Origin: Squalus acanthias
Lineage: Eukaryota
Reading direction: 5' to 3'
Assembly: GCA_030390025.1 (NCBI GenBank)
Contig: JASTWF010000033.1
Coordinates: forward strand, 248,001-312,000
DNA: 64,000 nt
Shown one piece after another: positions 11,790 to 24,721 of this stretch. A program made the translations under genes and the position numbers. Numbering within the stretch: the stretch's first letter is position 1; every line of letters starts with the position of its first letter. Below the pieces are notes generated by a model. That model ran no database searches and had not been told where the DNA came from. It saw only the letters and a program-made list of their open reading frames with translations.

Positions 11790-14560
11790 AAAGGAGCGTA
11801 TAAATAAAACAAATGCAGTGGATGTTGTGTATATTGATTTTCAAAAGGCGGTTGATACAATGCCAGATAACGGGTTTGTTGCTAAAGTAAAGGTGCGTAT
11901 TATTGAAGAGAGGTAAGAAACTTGGAGAAGAGCTTTACTAAAGGACATAAAGCAGGGGACAGTGGGTAATAATGTAAAATCGCACGTCTGAGGGTTTCAG
12001 TTGCAGGGGGGTTGAAGTAGGATTGCAGGCGGGTGATGTTACGGAGGCTGATGTGCCCAATCATTGCGATGGAAGTATATGGGGTGAAAGGATATGAGGT
12101 TCCATCATGAAGCTAATGCAGAGGCTGCGAAGTGTTTGTTTGTGACTGAGACTGTTGCCAGAGAGGCGGTTAGAATTAGTGGTCCGGGAACAGAGTTTGC
12201 GACAGGGATAAATATTAAAGGTAAAGCTAGCATATGCTATATGCTTTGATAGCCTGTCACATATATAGTGAGAAGAAAAAATCACTGATTACGAAAATAA
12301 ATATATTTGCATTTGCAGCCTTGTTCTCAAATTGTCCTTGGTGTATTCACTGAGCCCGTCGGATGTGGCATTAGATTAATAATTTGCAATTTTCTAATGC
12401 TTTCCTCATTTGGCAGAGAGTTCTCCATGCGATTTCTTACTTAGCGCTGATGAGCAATTCATAAAGTGCTTTGTTTATCACAGTCACTTCTCTCCCTATT
12501 TGTTTATTCTTAACCATCCTGCTGCAATATGCACACCTTGAATAATTGTCATGTCATTCTATGTGAATTAAACCACTTCTTCAGTAGGATCACTGCCTGC
12601 AAACTTGTGATGGCCGAATGTTACATGTGAGGACTGCAAAAATCTAAGCTTTAGTATTGCACAAAGAGATTCCTGAAATGTTGAGGAGGTTATTGGGAAG
12701 TTGTGGAAGGTTATGGAGAGTATTATTGTGAAGTCCCTTGGATAAGTAGGAACACTAAGAGGAGAGTTAAAAAGTGGCACGTGAGAAATCTAAAGATAAG
12801 ATTAGATTAAAGATGAAGAACGGAATCTTCTTCAGGAAGATGAATGAATGAAGGAGATGCTAACCAACGACTTTGTCTCGGCTTTTAAAAAAATACATTA
12901 GTGGGAGTTGAAAGGTACAAGGGTAGAATGCGGAGCAGCTCAATATGAAAAATATAGATAAAGAAGGAGTGCTGAAAAAATGATGGAAGTCAAAAGATGG
13001 CCTGTATCCTAGAATGTTGAGAACAGACATGCAGCAAATAGTAGATGCTCTGACCACAAACTTTCAATCAACCTAGGATCTGAAACCTGTGACAGACGAC
13101 TAATATATTATCTTTGTTCAAGAAGGGAGAGAAGTATAACTGTGTTGCAGTCAGCCAATCGCCGGAAGTGGGTCATATTCTACAGTCAGAAATTAACATT
13201 CACTAACAGAGAAATCTTTTAATTAAAGACAGTTAGCAGGTGTCTGTAAAAGTCAAGTTCTCCCTGACAGATATACAGAGTTCTTCGAAGAACTCTGCAC
13301 ATTTCCAGTTCAGTTCTGGGCACCACACCTCAGGAATGATATATTAGCCTTGAAGGGATGCAGTGCAGGTTCACCAGAATTATATCAGGGCTAAAAATGT
13401 TAAATTATGTGGACAGGCCGCACAGACTAGGCTTGTATTCCCTTGAACATAGAATATTAAGCGGTGATTTAACTGATTAAGCGGTGTTTAAGATGATTAA
13501 AGGGTTTGATGGTGTGGATAGAGAGAAAATATTTCCTGGTGGTGTCAAGAACAAAGGGGCATAACATTAAAGTTAAAGCTCGACCTTTCAAGGATGAATT
13601 CCGGAAGCAGTTCTTCACAAATCTGTTGCGGAAATCTGGAATTATTTCCTCCAAAAGGCTGTTGAGCTTATGTCAACTGTAAAGTGCAAAAATAACATAG
13701 ATATATTTTTGTCATGTATGGGTATTAAGGTTTACGGAACTAAGGCGTGTAGATGTAGTTAAGATACATTTTGGCCTTGATTACATTGAAGGGCGGAATA
13801 GGCTCACGGGGATGAATATCCTATTCATGTTCCTACGAAATAACGGAGCGTATAAATAAAACAAATGCAGTTGATGTTGTGTATATTGATTTTCAAAAGG
13901 CGGTTCATACAATGCCAGATAACGGGTTTGTCGATAAAGTAAAGGTGCGTATTATTGAAGAGAGGATAGAAACTTGGGGAAGAGCTTCACTAAAGGACAT
14001 AAAGCAGGGGACAGTGGTTAATAATGCAAAATCGGATTGGAGGAATGTAAGCTCGAGTGTTGCTAAAGGTTTAGTATTCGAACTATATGTAATAGGATTC
14101 GAGTATAGGAGGCTGAATGTCATAATTTTAAAATGAATTCTGCAGTTCCCAGACAGTTTAGTAGATTGGGCAGGTAGATGGCAGATGACATGCAATATGG
14201 AGAATATAAAGTGATATATTTTGAGAGGAAGAATGAGATAACATATTTATTAAATTGTAATGTTTTTAATGGAGAAGAAGAATAGAGAGACACAGGTGTT
14301 CAGATAGACAGCTCATTAAAAGTGGAAGGCTGTTAATTCAACGTACGGGTTGCTCGGCTTTCTCAGCAGGGGTAGCGAATGCTAAAGAGAAAGGAGAGAG
14401 AACCCAACATTTAAAAATCATTGTTTAGGCCTAAATTTAAGATTATGTCCCGTTTTGGTGCCTTACGTTAGGAAGGATGTCAAGGTCATGGAGAGGGTGC
14501 AGAAGGGATTCACCGAGATAATGCCTCAGACGGGAAGCTTTAGTAATGAGAAGAATATAA
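11790..14560 (+). mobile_element. Patchwork of old CR1 fragments
   Basis: VYIDFQKA motifs at ~11830 and ~13880, CR1 3' end at ~13300-13840. Confidence 0.65.
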
Positions 14561-14564
14561 CAAC

Positions 14565-15275
14565 CGCAGCAACTTGCATTTATATAGCGCCTTTAACGTA
14601 GTAAAATGTATCAAGGCACTACACAGGGGGCTTGCTGAACAAAATTTGACACCGAGACACATACGGGGATATTAGGACAGGTGGCAAAAAGCTTGGAAAA
14701 GAGGTAGGTATTCAGGAGCATTTTAAATGAGGATAGAGAGTAGAGCGGCGTAGAGGTTTATTGAGAAAATTCCAGAGCTTAGGACGTAGGTATGGGCGCC
14801 AATGGTGAAGAAATGGAAATCGGGAATGCGCAAGAGGCCAGAATTGGAGGAGCGCAGACCTCTCGGAGGGTTTTAGGGCTGGAATATCTGACAGAGATAC
14901 CACAAGGATAAGATGCCAATGTAGGTCAGCGAGTACGTCCTGCGAGTTAAGTTAGGGACAGCAAAGTTTTGGAACAGCTCAAGATTACGAAGGGTGACTG
15001 GTGGGAGGCCAGACAGGATCGCGTTGGAATATTCAAGTCTAGAGGTGACAGAGGCATGGATGAGGGTTTCAGCAGCCGATAGGCTGAAGCAGGGGCAGAC
15101 TCGAGCAATGAAACGGAGGCAGAAATAGGAGCACTTGGTGACGGTGAGGATATGGGGTCGAAAGCTCAGCTCCGATTGAAGTTGGACATGGAAGTTGCGA
15201 ACAGTCTGATTCAGCCTGAAACAGTGGCCATGGAGGAGAATGGAGACGGTGGTCAAGGAACAAAGTGAAACTTTG
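14565..15275 (-). mobile_element. L2 LINE 3' fragment inserted into an older CR1 (CR1 resumes ~15290-15540)
   Basis: Minus ORF AAETLIHASVTSRLEYSNAILSGLP typical of L2 ORF2; L2 tail at ~14570-14620. Confidence 0.8.
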
Positions 15276-16502
15276 GCTCTTTTCATGAGAACAAACTGTA
15301 AGAGGCAGTCAAATTATGAAGCATTTGATAAGCTAAATGGAAATAAAGTACGTGCATTGGTCGGTAACTAAAGGGTATAATTTCAAAATCTTCAGCCAAA
15401 GAACGAAAAGAGAGATAAGGAGAGCTATTTTATTTTAGAGAGCTTGCTCGGACAAGGGACGTCCTACCACAAACAGAATCAGCACATTATTTTAAAAAGG
15501 AGGTAGGCAAACATTTGAAAATCGAAGTATGGGGAAAGGACAGGGAAATAGTGCTTAAGAATAAAATTTCTGCTGCGCCGCTCCTTAACGGGAACTGCGC
15601 AATCCCAGCCGTGATTCTCCATTCACCATAGTGAATTGATATAAAATACAGGCTGGGAATGGGCAATTGCTCCATGTGCGCTCCCGGCGTCCGCCACCAG
15701 GGGCGCAGCGGTGTTTCTACTCCTTCGTGGATTGCTCTTGCTCAGAGCCGGCAGTGGCGCCCTGATCTGAATGAATCCTTCAGTGCTGTAAATGCTAGGA
15801 TTCTATCGGTCCCTCAACTAGCATTACCAAACCTCACTGCTGTCTCAGATCCCTGAGTTACGAAATCAAAGTGCTCCAAAAGCAGGAAAATTAAAAGAGG
15901 TTATTGGTAACAATAATCGATATACATTTAATATCTGACCCCAAATCGAGAGTACAGATGTTTTCGGCAAGGTGCATTGATCATCCTTCACTCCGAAATT
16001 AACAAGTGATCGGAATATTATTTGAATGTTCAATCATTACCAGAACCTCTTTATCCTAACACGCCCACTGTAATGTCGTCACAATTCCTCCCAGCTTCAA
16101 TACACCACAGCCACACAGCAATAGTAAATTGTAGTTTGTTAAACACAGAGTCGCTGGGAAAGTGGCAACGCCAGTTGGTATAATCCCTTATCACGCTGTG
16201 GCCTTGGACTTTGTACTTTCCCGTAATAAAACAATGCAACTCGTAAAACAATAATATATTGTTGAATGTGAATGGATCGGTAACATTTCAGATGAGGTTA
16301 ATTTTACTAATAAACTCTTATATGTCACCAATGTGTGTTAAACATTGCCGAGCCCGTGGCTGCGAGCCAATCACATTATCTTAATCAATAGCTGGTCCCT
16401 AGTTTTCAAAATATTTCAGGTGGTGTCAAATTTCACAGCGATGTTAAGGGAAGTAAAACAAACGACAATTATCCACAGACAATACGTTCAATACATAAAA
16501 TA

Positions 16503-16720
16503 AGAAAGACTTGAATTTCTATCGCGCCTTTTACGTCATCAGGACGTCCCAAAGCGCTCTATAGCCAACGACATATTTTTGAAGTGTAGTCACTGTTGCA
16601 ATGTAGTAAACGCGGCAGCCAATTTGTGCACAGCATGATTCATAAAACAGCAATGTGATAATGCGTTGGTTGAGGGATAAGTATTGGCCAGGACACGGTA
16701 GAAATGGTCTAATCTTCATG
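16503..16720 (-). mobile_element. Deu-domain SINE, 3' half only, cut by the CR1 tail
   Basis: Matches 85-300 and the reverse complement of ~8550-8800; similarity stops at the CR1 tail. Confidence 0.8.
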
Positions 16721-18692
16721 ATACATAGATACATAGATACATAGAAGATAGGAGCAGGAGTAGGCCATCCGGCCCTTCGAGCCTGCTCCGCCATTTAATG
16801 AGATCATGGCTGATCCTTCAATTCAGTATCCCGTCCCCGCCTTCTCTCCGTAACCCTTAACCCCTTTTGCCTGTAGAAATATATCTAATTCCCTCTTAAA
16901 TATATTTAATGAGCTGGCGTACACTGCCCTCTGTGGCAATGAGTTCCACAGGTTCACCACTCTCTGAGTGAAGAAATTCCCCCTCATTTCTGTCCTAAAT
17001 GGTTTAGCCCTTATCCTTAAATTATGTCCTCTAGTTCTGTTCTCACCCGCCAAGGGAAACATTCCTTCTGCATCTAATCTGTCTAGACCTGTCAGAATTT
17101 TATACACTTCTATGAGGTCCCCTCTCAATCTTCTAAACTCCAGTGTGTACATCCCTAAACTACATAGTCTCTCCTCATAGGTCAATCCCGCCATTCCTGG
17201 TATCAGCCTGGTGAATCGCCGCTGCACCCCCTCCATGGCAAGAACATCTTTCCTCAGATGAGGCGACCAAAACTGTACACAGTACTCGAGGTGTGGTCTC
17301 ACCAGTGCCCTGTACAGCTGCAGCAAGGTATCCCTGTTCCTGTATTCCAACCCTTTTGCTATGAAGGCCAGCATACCGTTTGCCTTCTTGACCGCCTGTT
17401 GCACCTGCATGCTCGCCTTCAGTGACTGGTGTACAAGAACACCCAGGTCTCTCTGTACTTCCCCCTCTCCCAATTTATTGCCATTTAAATAATAATTTGC
17501 CCTCCCGTTCCTGCACCCAAGGTGGATAACTTCGCACTTGTCCACATTATAGTGCATCTGCCATTTATCCGCCCAATCACCCAGTCTGTCCAAATCGCTC
17601 TGGAGCTTCCTGGTCTCCTCCTCTGAGCCCACCCCCCCTCCTAGTTTAGTGTCGTCTGCAAATTTGGAAATGCTGCATTCGACTCCCTGATCCAGGTCAT
17701 TAATATAAATTGTGAACAGCTGGGGACCCAGGACAGATCCCTGTGGTACCCCACTTGTTACTGCCTGCCATTCAGAAAATGAGCCGTTTATTCCAACTCT
17801 CTGTTTTCTATCTGACAGCCAGTTCTCTATCCACGTCAATACTTTCCCCTTTATCCCATGAGCTTCAATTTTCCATGCTAATCTTTTATGTGGGACCTTA
17901 TCGAAGGCCTTTTGGAAGTCCAGGTACACCACATCTACTGGCTCTCCCCCATCTATTTTACCAGTTTCTCCCTCAAAAAATTCCAATAGATTAGTCAAGC
18001 ACGATTTACCCTTTGTAAATCCATGTTGACTCTGTCCTATCCTGTCCCCATTTGCTAAGTGCTCGGCTATTTCATCCTTAATGATGGACTCCAGCATTTT
18101 GCCCACAACTGATGTAAGGCTTACAGGTCTGTAATTACCTGCTTTTTCCCTACCCCCCTTTTTGAATAGTGGGGTAACGTTAGCTACCCTCCAATCCATG
18201 GGCACTGTTCCCGAGTCTAATGAATTCTGAAAAATCATGCTTAGTGCATCCGCTATCTCTAGGGCCACCTCCTTCAGTACCCTAGGATGCATGTTATCAG
18301 GCCCTGGGGATTTGTCCGCCTTCAATCCCTTTAGCTTCCTTAACACCATATCCTTAGAGATATTGATTTGCGTCAGTTCCTCCTTTGCCAATGTCCCTAT
18401 TTTTCCCGATATCCCAGGGAGGTTTTTTGTGTCTTCCTTCGTAAAGACTGACCCAAAGTATGCATTTAGTTGGTCTGCCATTTCCTTATTTCCCATTATA
18501 TATTCCCCCGTATCTGACTGCAATGGACCAACTTTGGTTTTCACCAGTCTTTTCCTCTTGATATACTTATAAAAGCTTTTGGAGTTAGTTTTTATATTTT
18601 CCGCCAGCTTGCTTTCGTAAGCTATTTTGCCCTTCTTGATTAAGCCCTTTGCCCTCCTTTGCTCTATCTTAAACTGTTCCCAATCTTCCGCT
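16721..18692 (-). mobile_element. Young 5'-truncated CR1 LINE with uninterrupted ORF2 RT/C-terminal region
   Basis: Over 600 codons without a stop ([24 protein letters not shown]), stop at 16823, 3' UTR and short TCTATGTA-type tail; 5' end fused to the IgNAR C5 exon. Confidence 0.97.
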
Positions 18693-19043
18693 CTGCCTCC
18701 ATCGGCGGACGAGATTGACACTGAGAATACGGCTACCCTGGTGTGTCTAGCCACCGGATTTTACCCTGCCGAGATTTACATCGCTTGGATGGCCAATGAC
18801 ACCCTTTTGGATTCAGCTTACCCGAGCCAACCGGACACCGAGAAGACAAACGGTTCCGGCTCCATTGGCAGCAGGCTGAGACTGACCGCGGCGCAGTGGA
18901 ACAGCGGCACCACTTACTCCTGTTTAGTGGGACACCCGTCCCTCAAAATGAATTTAATCAGAAGTATAAATAAATCTCACGGTAAACCTACTTTAGTGAA
19001 TATTTCACTTGTTCTAACCGACAGTTTTAAATCGTGTGCATAA
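18693..19043 (+). pseudogene. IgNAR: IgNAR last constant exon (C5) plus secretory tail, 5'-truncated (native acceptor and roughly the first dozen codons missing)
   Basis: LPPSADEIDTENTATLVCLATGFYPAEIYIAWMANDTLLDS...WNSGTTYSCLVGHPSL...; tail GKPTLVNISLVLTDSFKSCA* with NIS sequon and penultimate Cys; internal TM donor G|GTAAAC at 18981/18982; upstream sequence is antisense CR1. Confidence 0.93.
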
Positions 19044-19370
19044 CCCCCCGTGGTTGAGTAGCTGATTCCTATCGAAGTGTTACCGCTGTTCTGTTCATCA
19101 CTGTTTGAGCATCTGAATCAGCGAATCTCCCATTTATCCAACCTCACTGTCACCCTCCAGATCAGAGAGCAATTCTTGAGATATTTTGCTAATATATGAA
19201 ACTATATCAGTCAATGTTGGATAAATATGGTTAGAATCAGAAAACCATGAATAACCTTAGTACCGTTTAAAAGAAGTTGCAACATTGTTTTAGATCCATT
19301 GAAGGGTTCAGTGACGTTATTGGATAAATAGGAAATGGCGTTTTAGTCTGTATGTGGCTTCGCTAATTGC

Positions 19371-19376
19371 AATAAA
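19371..19376 (+). terminator. Candidate polyadenylation signal for the secretory form
   Basis: AATAAA about 330 nt after the secretory stop, followed by GT-rich sequence near 19410-19425. Confidence 0.55.
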
Positions 19377-19689
19377 TGCAGAATGAAAACCTTCTGTCTC
19401 CCAGAATCTTTGTTTTTGTGTGTGTTATCTCCGCGATGATGATTTACAACTTGATCAAGATATATATGGTGTCCTTGTCTAATCTTGGACGTGTGCAGCA
19501 CTTTTCCATTCCCTCACTTTTTAGAGACATTACGGGTGATTTGAATCAGACTGCACTAATCCTCACCATTCTTGGCAGCTTCCGGAACTCCTGTGATTTA
19601 CAATTGGCCAATGAGCTATCTACTTGTAGAACGGAGTGAATAAAGGTGGACGAACATCCGGTCATCCTTTAGAACGCCAATTAATGGCC

Positions 19690-20690
19690 AAGACTGGTGA
19701 TTGCCTGGTGTCACGCTTACTTATCTAGTGGTAGCCAGAGAATCTCCTGCAAGGGCTTCTCTTCCGGCTCCCTCACCGTTACCTCTGGAGTCTCCAGAGG
19801 ATATATCCTTGGTGCCCTCCTCTTTCTCATCTACATGCTGCCACTCGGTGACATCATCCGAAATCAGATTCCACATGTACGCTGAAGACACCCAGCTCTT
19901 CCTCACCATCACCTCTCTCAATCCTTGCACTGCCTCTGATTTGTGATGCTGTTTGTCCGGCATCTCGAATTGGATGAGCAGAAATGTCCTCTAATTAAAT
20001 ATTGGGAAGACCGAAGCCATGTTCTTCGAACCGCGCCACAAACTCCATTTCCCAGCCACCGACTCCATCCTACTCCCTTTTACTACAATTTTATGAGGCT
20101 GAGCCAGACTGTTTGCATCCTTGGAATCATAACTGACCCTGATCTGAACTTCCGACCATATATCCACTCCGTCACCATGACCACCTACTTCCACCTCAGT
20201 AATAGCGCCTGTCTGTGTCCCGTGTCGCAGCTCACCTACTGCTCAAACACTGTGTGACGTCCAGACTCGACTATTCCAATGTTCTCCTGGCTGGCCTCCC
20301 ATTTTTTACCCTCTGTAAGATTGAGCTCATCCAAAACTATGCTGCCCTCTCCTAAATCGCACCAAGTCCAATTCAGACATCAGCCATCTGATCGCTGACC
20401 TACATTGGCTCCTGGTCCGGCAACGCATAAGTGGTAGAATTCTTATCCTTGTTTACATATCCCCACATGGCCTCGCCCCTCCGTATATCTGTATATCCAT
20501 CACATACCATTGGCATGCGCGCCTTCAGCTGCCTCCTCACAGCCTACCTCTTTGACCAAGCTTTTGGTCATCTGCTATAATATCTCCTTATTTGGCTTGG
20601 TGTCAAATTATGTTTGATGACGCTCCTGTGAAGCGCCTTGGGACGATTTGCACCGTTAAAGATGCTCTATGAATGCAACTTGATGTTGTT
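19690..20690 (+). mobile_element. L2 LINE 3' fragment
   Basis: SGVSRGYILGALLFLIYMLPLGDIIR and FHMYAEDTQL RT motifs; L2 tail gtgaagcgccttgggacg. Confidence 0.85.
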
Positions 20691-20779
20691 GTATTGGACT
20701 ATCAATCTGCAGTTTCCAATGGTTTCATTTCCAAGGTATGTCTGGACTTTGGAAGTATCCTCTTATCAATTTATTGTCA

Positions 20780-21200
20780 GCTTGGTTCATTGCCAGCTGC
20801 CTGGCCTCTGAATCAGAAGGTTCTGAGTTCAAGCTCCTCTCCAGGACCTCGACCCACAATCGTGGCTGACAATCCAATGCAACGATCACGGGGTTGCTCA
20901 GTTGTCAAAGGTGAGCAGTTCCGGATGATAAACTTCTCCCAGGCCTCGTCCAACTGTTCAGTTGACTGTTAAAGATCCAATGGGAGTACTGAGGGAGCAG
21001 CGAGCTCTCCTGGAGTCTGGCCCTATGTTCTGTTACTTGTTAGACTAAATTCCCATTTACCTCAATGCTGCTTTTCGGGCCTTGCTCTGGGTAAATTATC
21101 TGTGGAGTTGTTGATCAAACACTTTAAACAGTAACTATTTGGCTGTGAAGGTTTTGGGACCTCTTGAAGCCCTGAAAGGCGATCTATGAAGTGAAATATG
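20780..21200 (+). mobile_element. Degenerate Deu-domain SINE
   Basis: Colinear similarity to 8333-8800. Confidence 0.6.
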
Positions 21201-21484
21201 CCTTCTTATCATGATCAGTTAAATCACAGGTCAGGGAGAAGCACAGATTCGGCCTGCTTATCCAATGCGAAGCTGAGCCACATAGACCAAGAATATTCTA
21301 AGCAGATCTAAGTGAGTCAGCTGATCCGATCCTGACCTCAATGGTGGCGCTGCATTTTCTTCGCAAGGGTAAAATAAGCCGTTATTTAGTGTGTTCTCTT
21401 GCAACTACATAAGCATAGGCCCGTGCACATAGAACCCCCACATTCTGAAATCTTGTGGAATCAATAACACAGCGTATCATCTGG

Positions 21485-22288
21485 TGGCTCGAATATTCTG
21501 CAATATAACCACAGTATGTGCATTTTCCCCGTGCTTTATGGCGATGGGAGTCTGCCCGCAATTTGCGGGGGGTTATAACAGCAAACTGTCAGCGTTCGCC
21601 GGCAGCACCGCTCTGAAACTAACCATAGAATCAGGATTTAGCGCATGCGCATCTAAACGTGGAAATGCTGAAGTTATGGTCAGTCATTCACTGCTCGGAC
21701 ACTGGCTGCGCTGTGGAGCTCCCCAAAGCCGACAATTAGTGTAATCAGTGGAACTGACAAAAATTATGAACTTTTCTGCGGTAATATCGCTTTTACGCAC
21801 CACATTAAATGTTAAACCTTTTTGGAATATGTGTAACTGGGGGTTTAATAGATTATTGACTGCTAAACAACCGTTCTGGCCCTGAAAAGGTTTGTTTTTT
21901 TACATTTGTGGAGTGTCACATTTCTCCATTATGATAAAAATGACAAGTTTTTAAAAACGTTTTAAAAAATTAAAGATTTGTCATGATATTTCAGCTTCTA
22001 CCTTATCCCCATGTGAGACTCGCAATCTTTATTTCGGTCTCTGTAACATTTTTACAAAAGTCCGGATAAAAGCAGCTTCTCTTTTCCTGTTTGCTGACTG
22101 TGATATTTCTTCAATGCGATTGGCTGCTCAGACACATTGTTGACGTCACTGCTGCAGCGCTTCACTTGTGATCCCCTATTCACGGCACTGCAATCAAATG
22201 CAGGGAGAAAAAGGCAAACTTCTCGCAGCTTTCTTCGGAGCCAACGGCGAACACATTGGCTTCGCTGCTGACCGCAATTTACGGGCCA
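21485..22288. mobile_element. MITE-like element related to 9973-10716
   Basis: Right end aatttacgggcca resembles the same TIR; weak left TIR tggctcgaatatt; shared agcgcatgcgca motif and AT-rich centre. Confidence 0.45.
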
Positions 22289-23080
22289 TTAATAACAATC
22301 GATAAAGCAGAGAATTGTAGAAGTGATATATCTCGTCAGTAATCCGAAACCTAACAGTATGGGAGCGCCAGCATCGTGAGTCACAGCTAGATGTAATGAC
22401 AGTGAGGCTGGTCTGACGCTCTGTGTAGATGATAATGTAAGATAGTGCCACGTCAACCGATTGAAATCCTATCACAAAACTTGTGTGTATTTGCGAGTAA
22501 CCTTTTGTTACTAAATATTAATGTATTTCCACAGTCCAACTAAACTGCGCTGATCAGATGCAGTTGAATCTTTAGACCGAAATGTGACACGGTCCGCATT
22601 TTACTGCCGATCTCTTAAATCAGTTTAGCAGGTGAACCACAAGGGATTTAATCCTGTAATCAGTCCACCCTTCTGTTTAGAGTGGCGTCGAGTTTCACTA
22701 TTCTAAATAGATTTCCATTATTTTTTGTTGTTATTAGCTTCCAGAAGAAAAAATATACATTAATCAAACGCGCTTGTCAGCGGCATGGAACTTTAAGGTA
22801 AAAAGGTTGGTTATATGTGCGGTATAAACTCAATCCTCCGTCCTGTGTACTCTGTCTGACCGCGACTGTCACCACACAACAAGCATCTCCTCAGTCTCCT
22901 GAAAATCACTCATCCACATCGAGCTGGTTAATGAATGAACTACATGTTCACGTTCTGTCAGTTCAACTTCTAACGCACCATGTCCGAGCATCTGCCGGTT
23001 ACGTGCTATTACATAGCCTTTGTGTTTATTCTGTTTTCAACATGAACACATTTATAACAATATCCATCTATTGATTCCAG

Positions 23081-23238
23081 AAACTCCAATAATAAGTGAA
23101 GATCCAGATGACCACGAGGTCGAGGACGGAGGATTAGAAAACTTAAATGAGGATGCCGGCACTACAGCAACAGTGGTCGCTCTCGTCATCCTGTTTATTC
23201 TCAGTATCCTGTACAGCACATTTGTAACCGTCATCAAG
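23081..23238 (+). CDS. IgNAR: IgNAR transmembrane exon TM1 (ETPIISEDPDDHEVEDGGLENLNEDAGTTATVVALVILFILSILYSTFVTVIK)
   Basis: ttccAG acceptor 23079-23080, phase 1; acidic spacer then Ig CART-type TM motif (LFILSILYSTFVT); GTAATG donor at 23239. Confidence 0.92.
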
Positions 23239-23668
23239 GTAATGCCGACCTTCAATAGCACAGTGACACTGTGCAAATTCATTGGAAACGTGAGTTTATT
23301 CTTTAGATATAGTTAAGGTGCTAATGATGAACTAAATATTCCAATATCAGCATTAATCCTATCGTCCCCACAGTATCAGATTGTACTTCATTATTCTTTC
23401 CCATGTGATTAACTGTCACATTTAATAAGCCTGCTGAATATGATGAATTAACAGAGGAAGGCATGCATATGAGTATTAATGGGACATATAAGAGCATATA
23501 TATATATATTTCAAAAATGGAATGTATTACTTTGCTCCTAGATTGTGGGTCGGTAGAAGCACAGTGAAAAGGACAGCGATTTATCAAATGATTACGAGTG
23601 ATAACCCAGAAATATTTAGCGACATGGTGATAAACAAGCTTCCTGGGAATAGTGAGCATAACAGGTTT

Positions 23669-23688
23669 GAGAGAGAGAGAGAGAGAGA
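23669..23688. repeat. (GA)n microsatellite
   Basis: About 10 GA units. Confidence 0.9.
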
Positions 23689-24104
23689 AATGTTCTGCAC
23701 GTAAACCTGGATCACTGTGAAGATACGAGGAAAGCATTAACTACGGAAGGATGGGCGAACATTTCAGTTGGTAAATCGATGAACAAATAGTGCAATTTAT
23801 TCAAGAAGCTGATCAGCGCACACAAAAATACACAATCCCAAAAATAGAAATTCTAAATGAATGAGTACATTATGTTGAAAGAGAACAGTTAGGGCCAGGA
23901 TTAAACCAAAGCGGGAAGGTTATGTCAAGGCGAAGAAAATGGTAAGTTTGACAGCTGGGAGTATTGTATAAAACATAGTGAAAAGAAATAATGAAATTAA
24001 AAAATGCAACGTGCAGTACGAAACAATTATAGGGACCTGCAGGATAACATCAAATGTTTTACAGGTACATAAAGAGAAAGAGAACGTGCATTTGAGGTTG
24101 TTGC

Positions 24105-24720
24105 ATAGGAACATGGGAACATGGGAAGGCCATTCAGCTGCACGGGCCTGATCCGCCGCTCAGTTAGACCATGGCTGATCTGTAACGTACCTAATGATAA
24201 ACACCTTGGTTTCACGTCTTGTAATAAAATTACCTAACATAAACCTATCAATCTCAGTTTTGAAATGTTCAATTGATCCCCAGCCTCAACAGCTTTTTGG
24301 GGTAGAAAGTTCCAGATTTCCCGTACCCTTTGTGTGGTGAAGTGCTTCCTGACATCGCCCTGAACGGACCAGCTCTGATGTTACCTTCATTCCACCTTGT
24401 TCTGGTGTCGCCCGTCAGAGGAATTAGTTTCTCTCTATCTACTCTTTAAATCCCTTTACTCACCAGAAACACCTAAATCACCCCTTAATCTTCTCTATCC
24501 AACGGAACACAACGCTAATCTAAGGAAAATGCCCTTCTAATTTTAACCCTTTTAGTACCGGTATCATTCTGGTGAATCTGCTCTGCACCCTCTCCACGGC
24601 CAATATATCCTCCTGAGCTGCGGTGCTCAGAACTGACCGCAGGAACCGGAGCTTTAGACAACTACAGCATAACTTCCACCCCTTTGTATGCCAGCCCCAA
24701 TGAGATAAGTTGAGTTATTT
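24105..24720 (-). mobile_element. CR1 3' fragment
   Basis: CR1 3' UTR (ggccattcagc...catggctgatct) and degenerate ORF2 end. Confidence 0.75.
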
Positions 24721-24721
24721 T

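Noticed and set aside
16823-18754. 643-aa ORF as a host gene or autonomous element
   Set aside because: CR1 ORF2 lacking the endonuclease; its first ~20 residues are antisense C5 sequence
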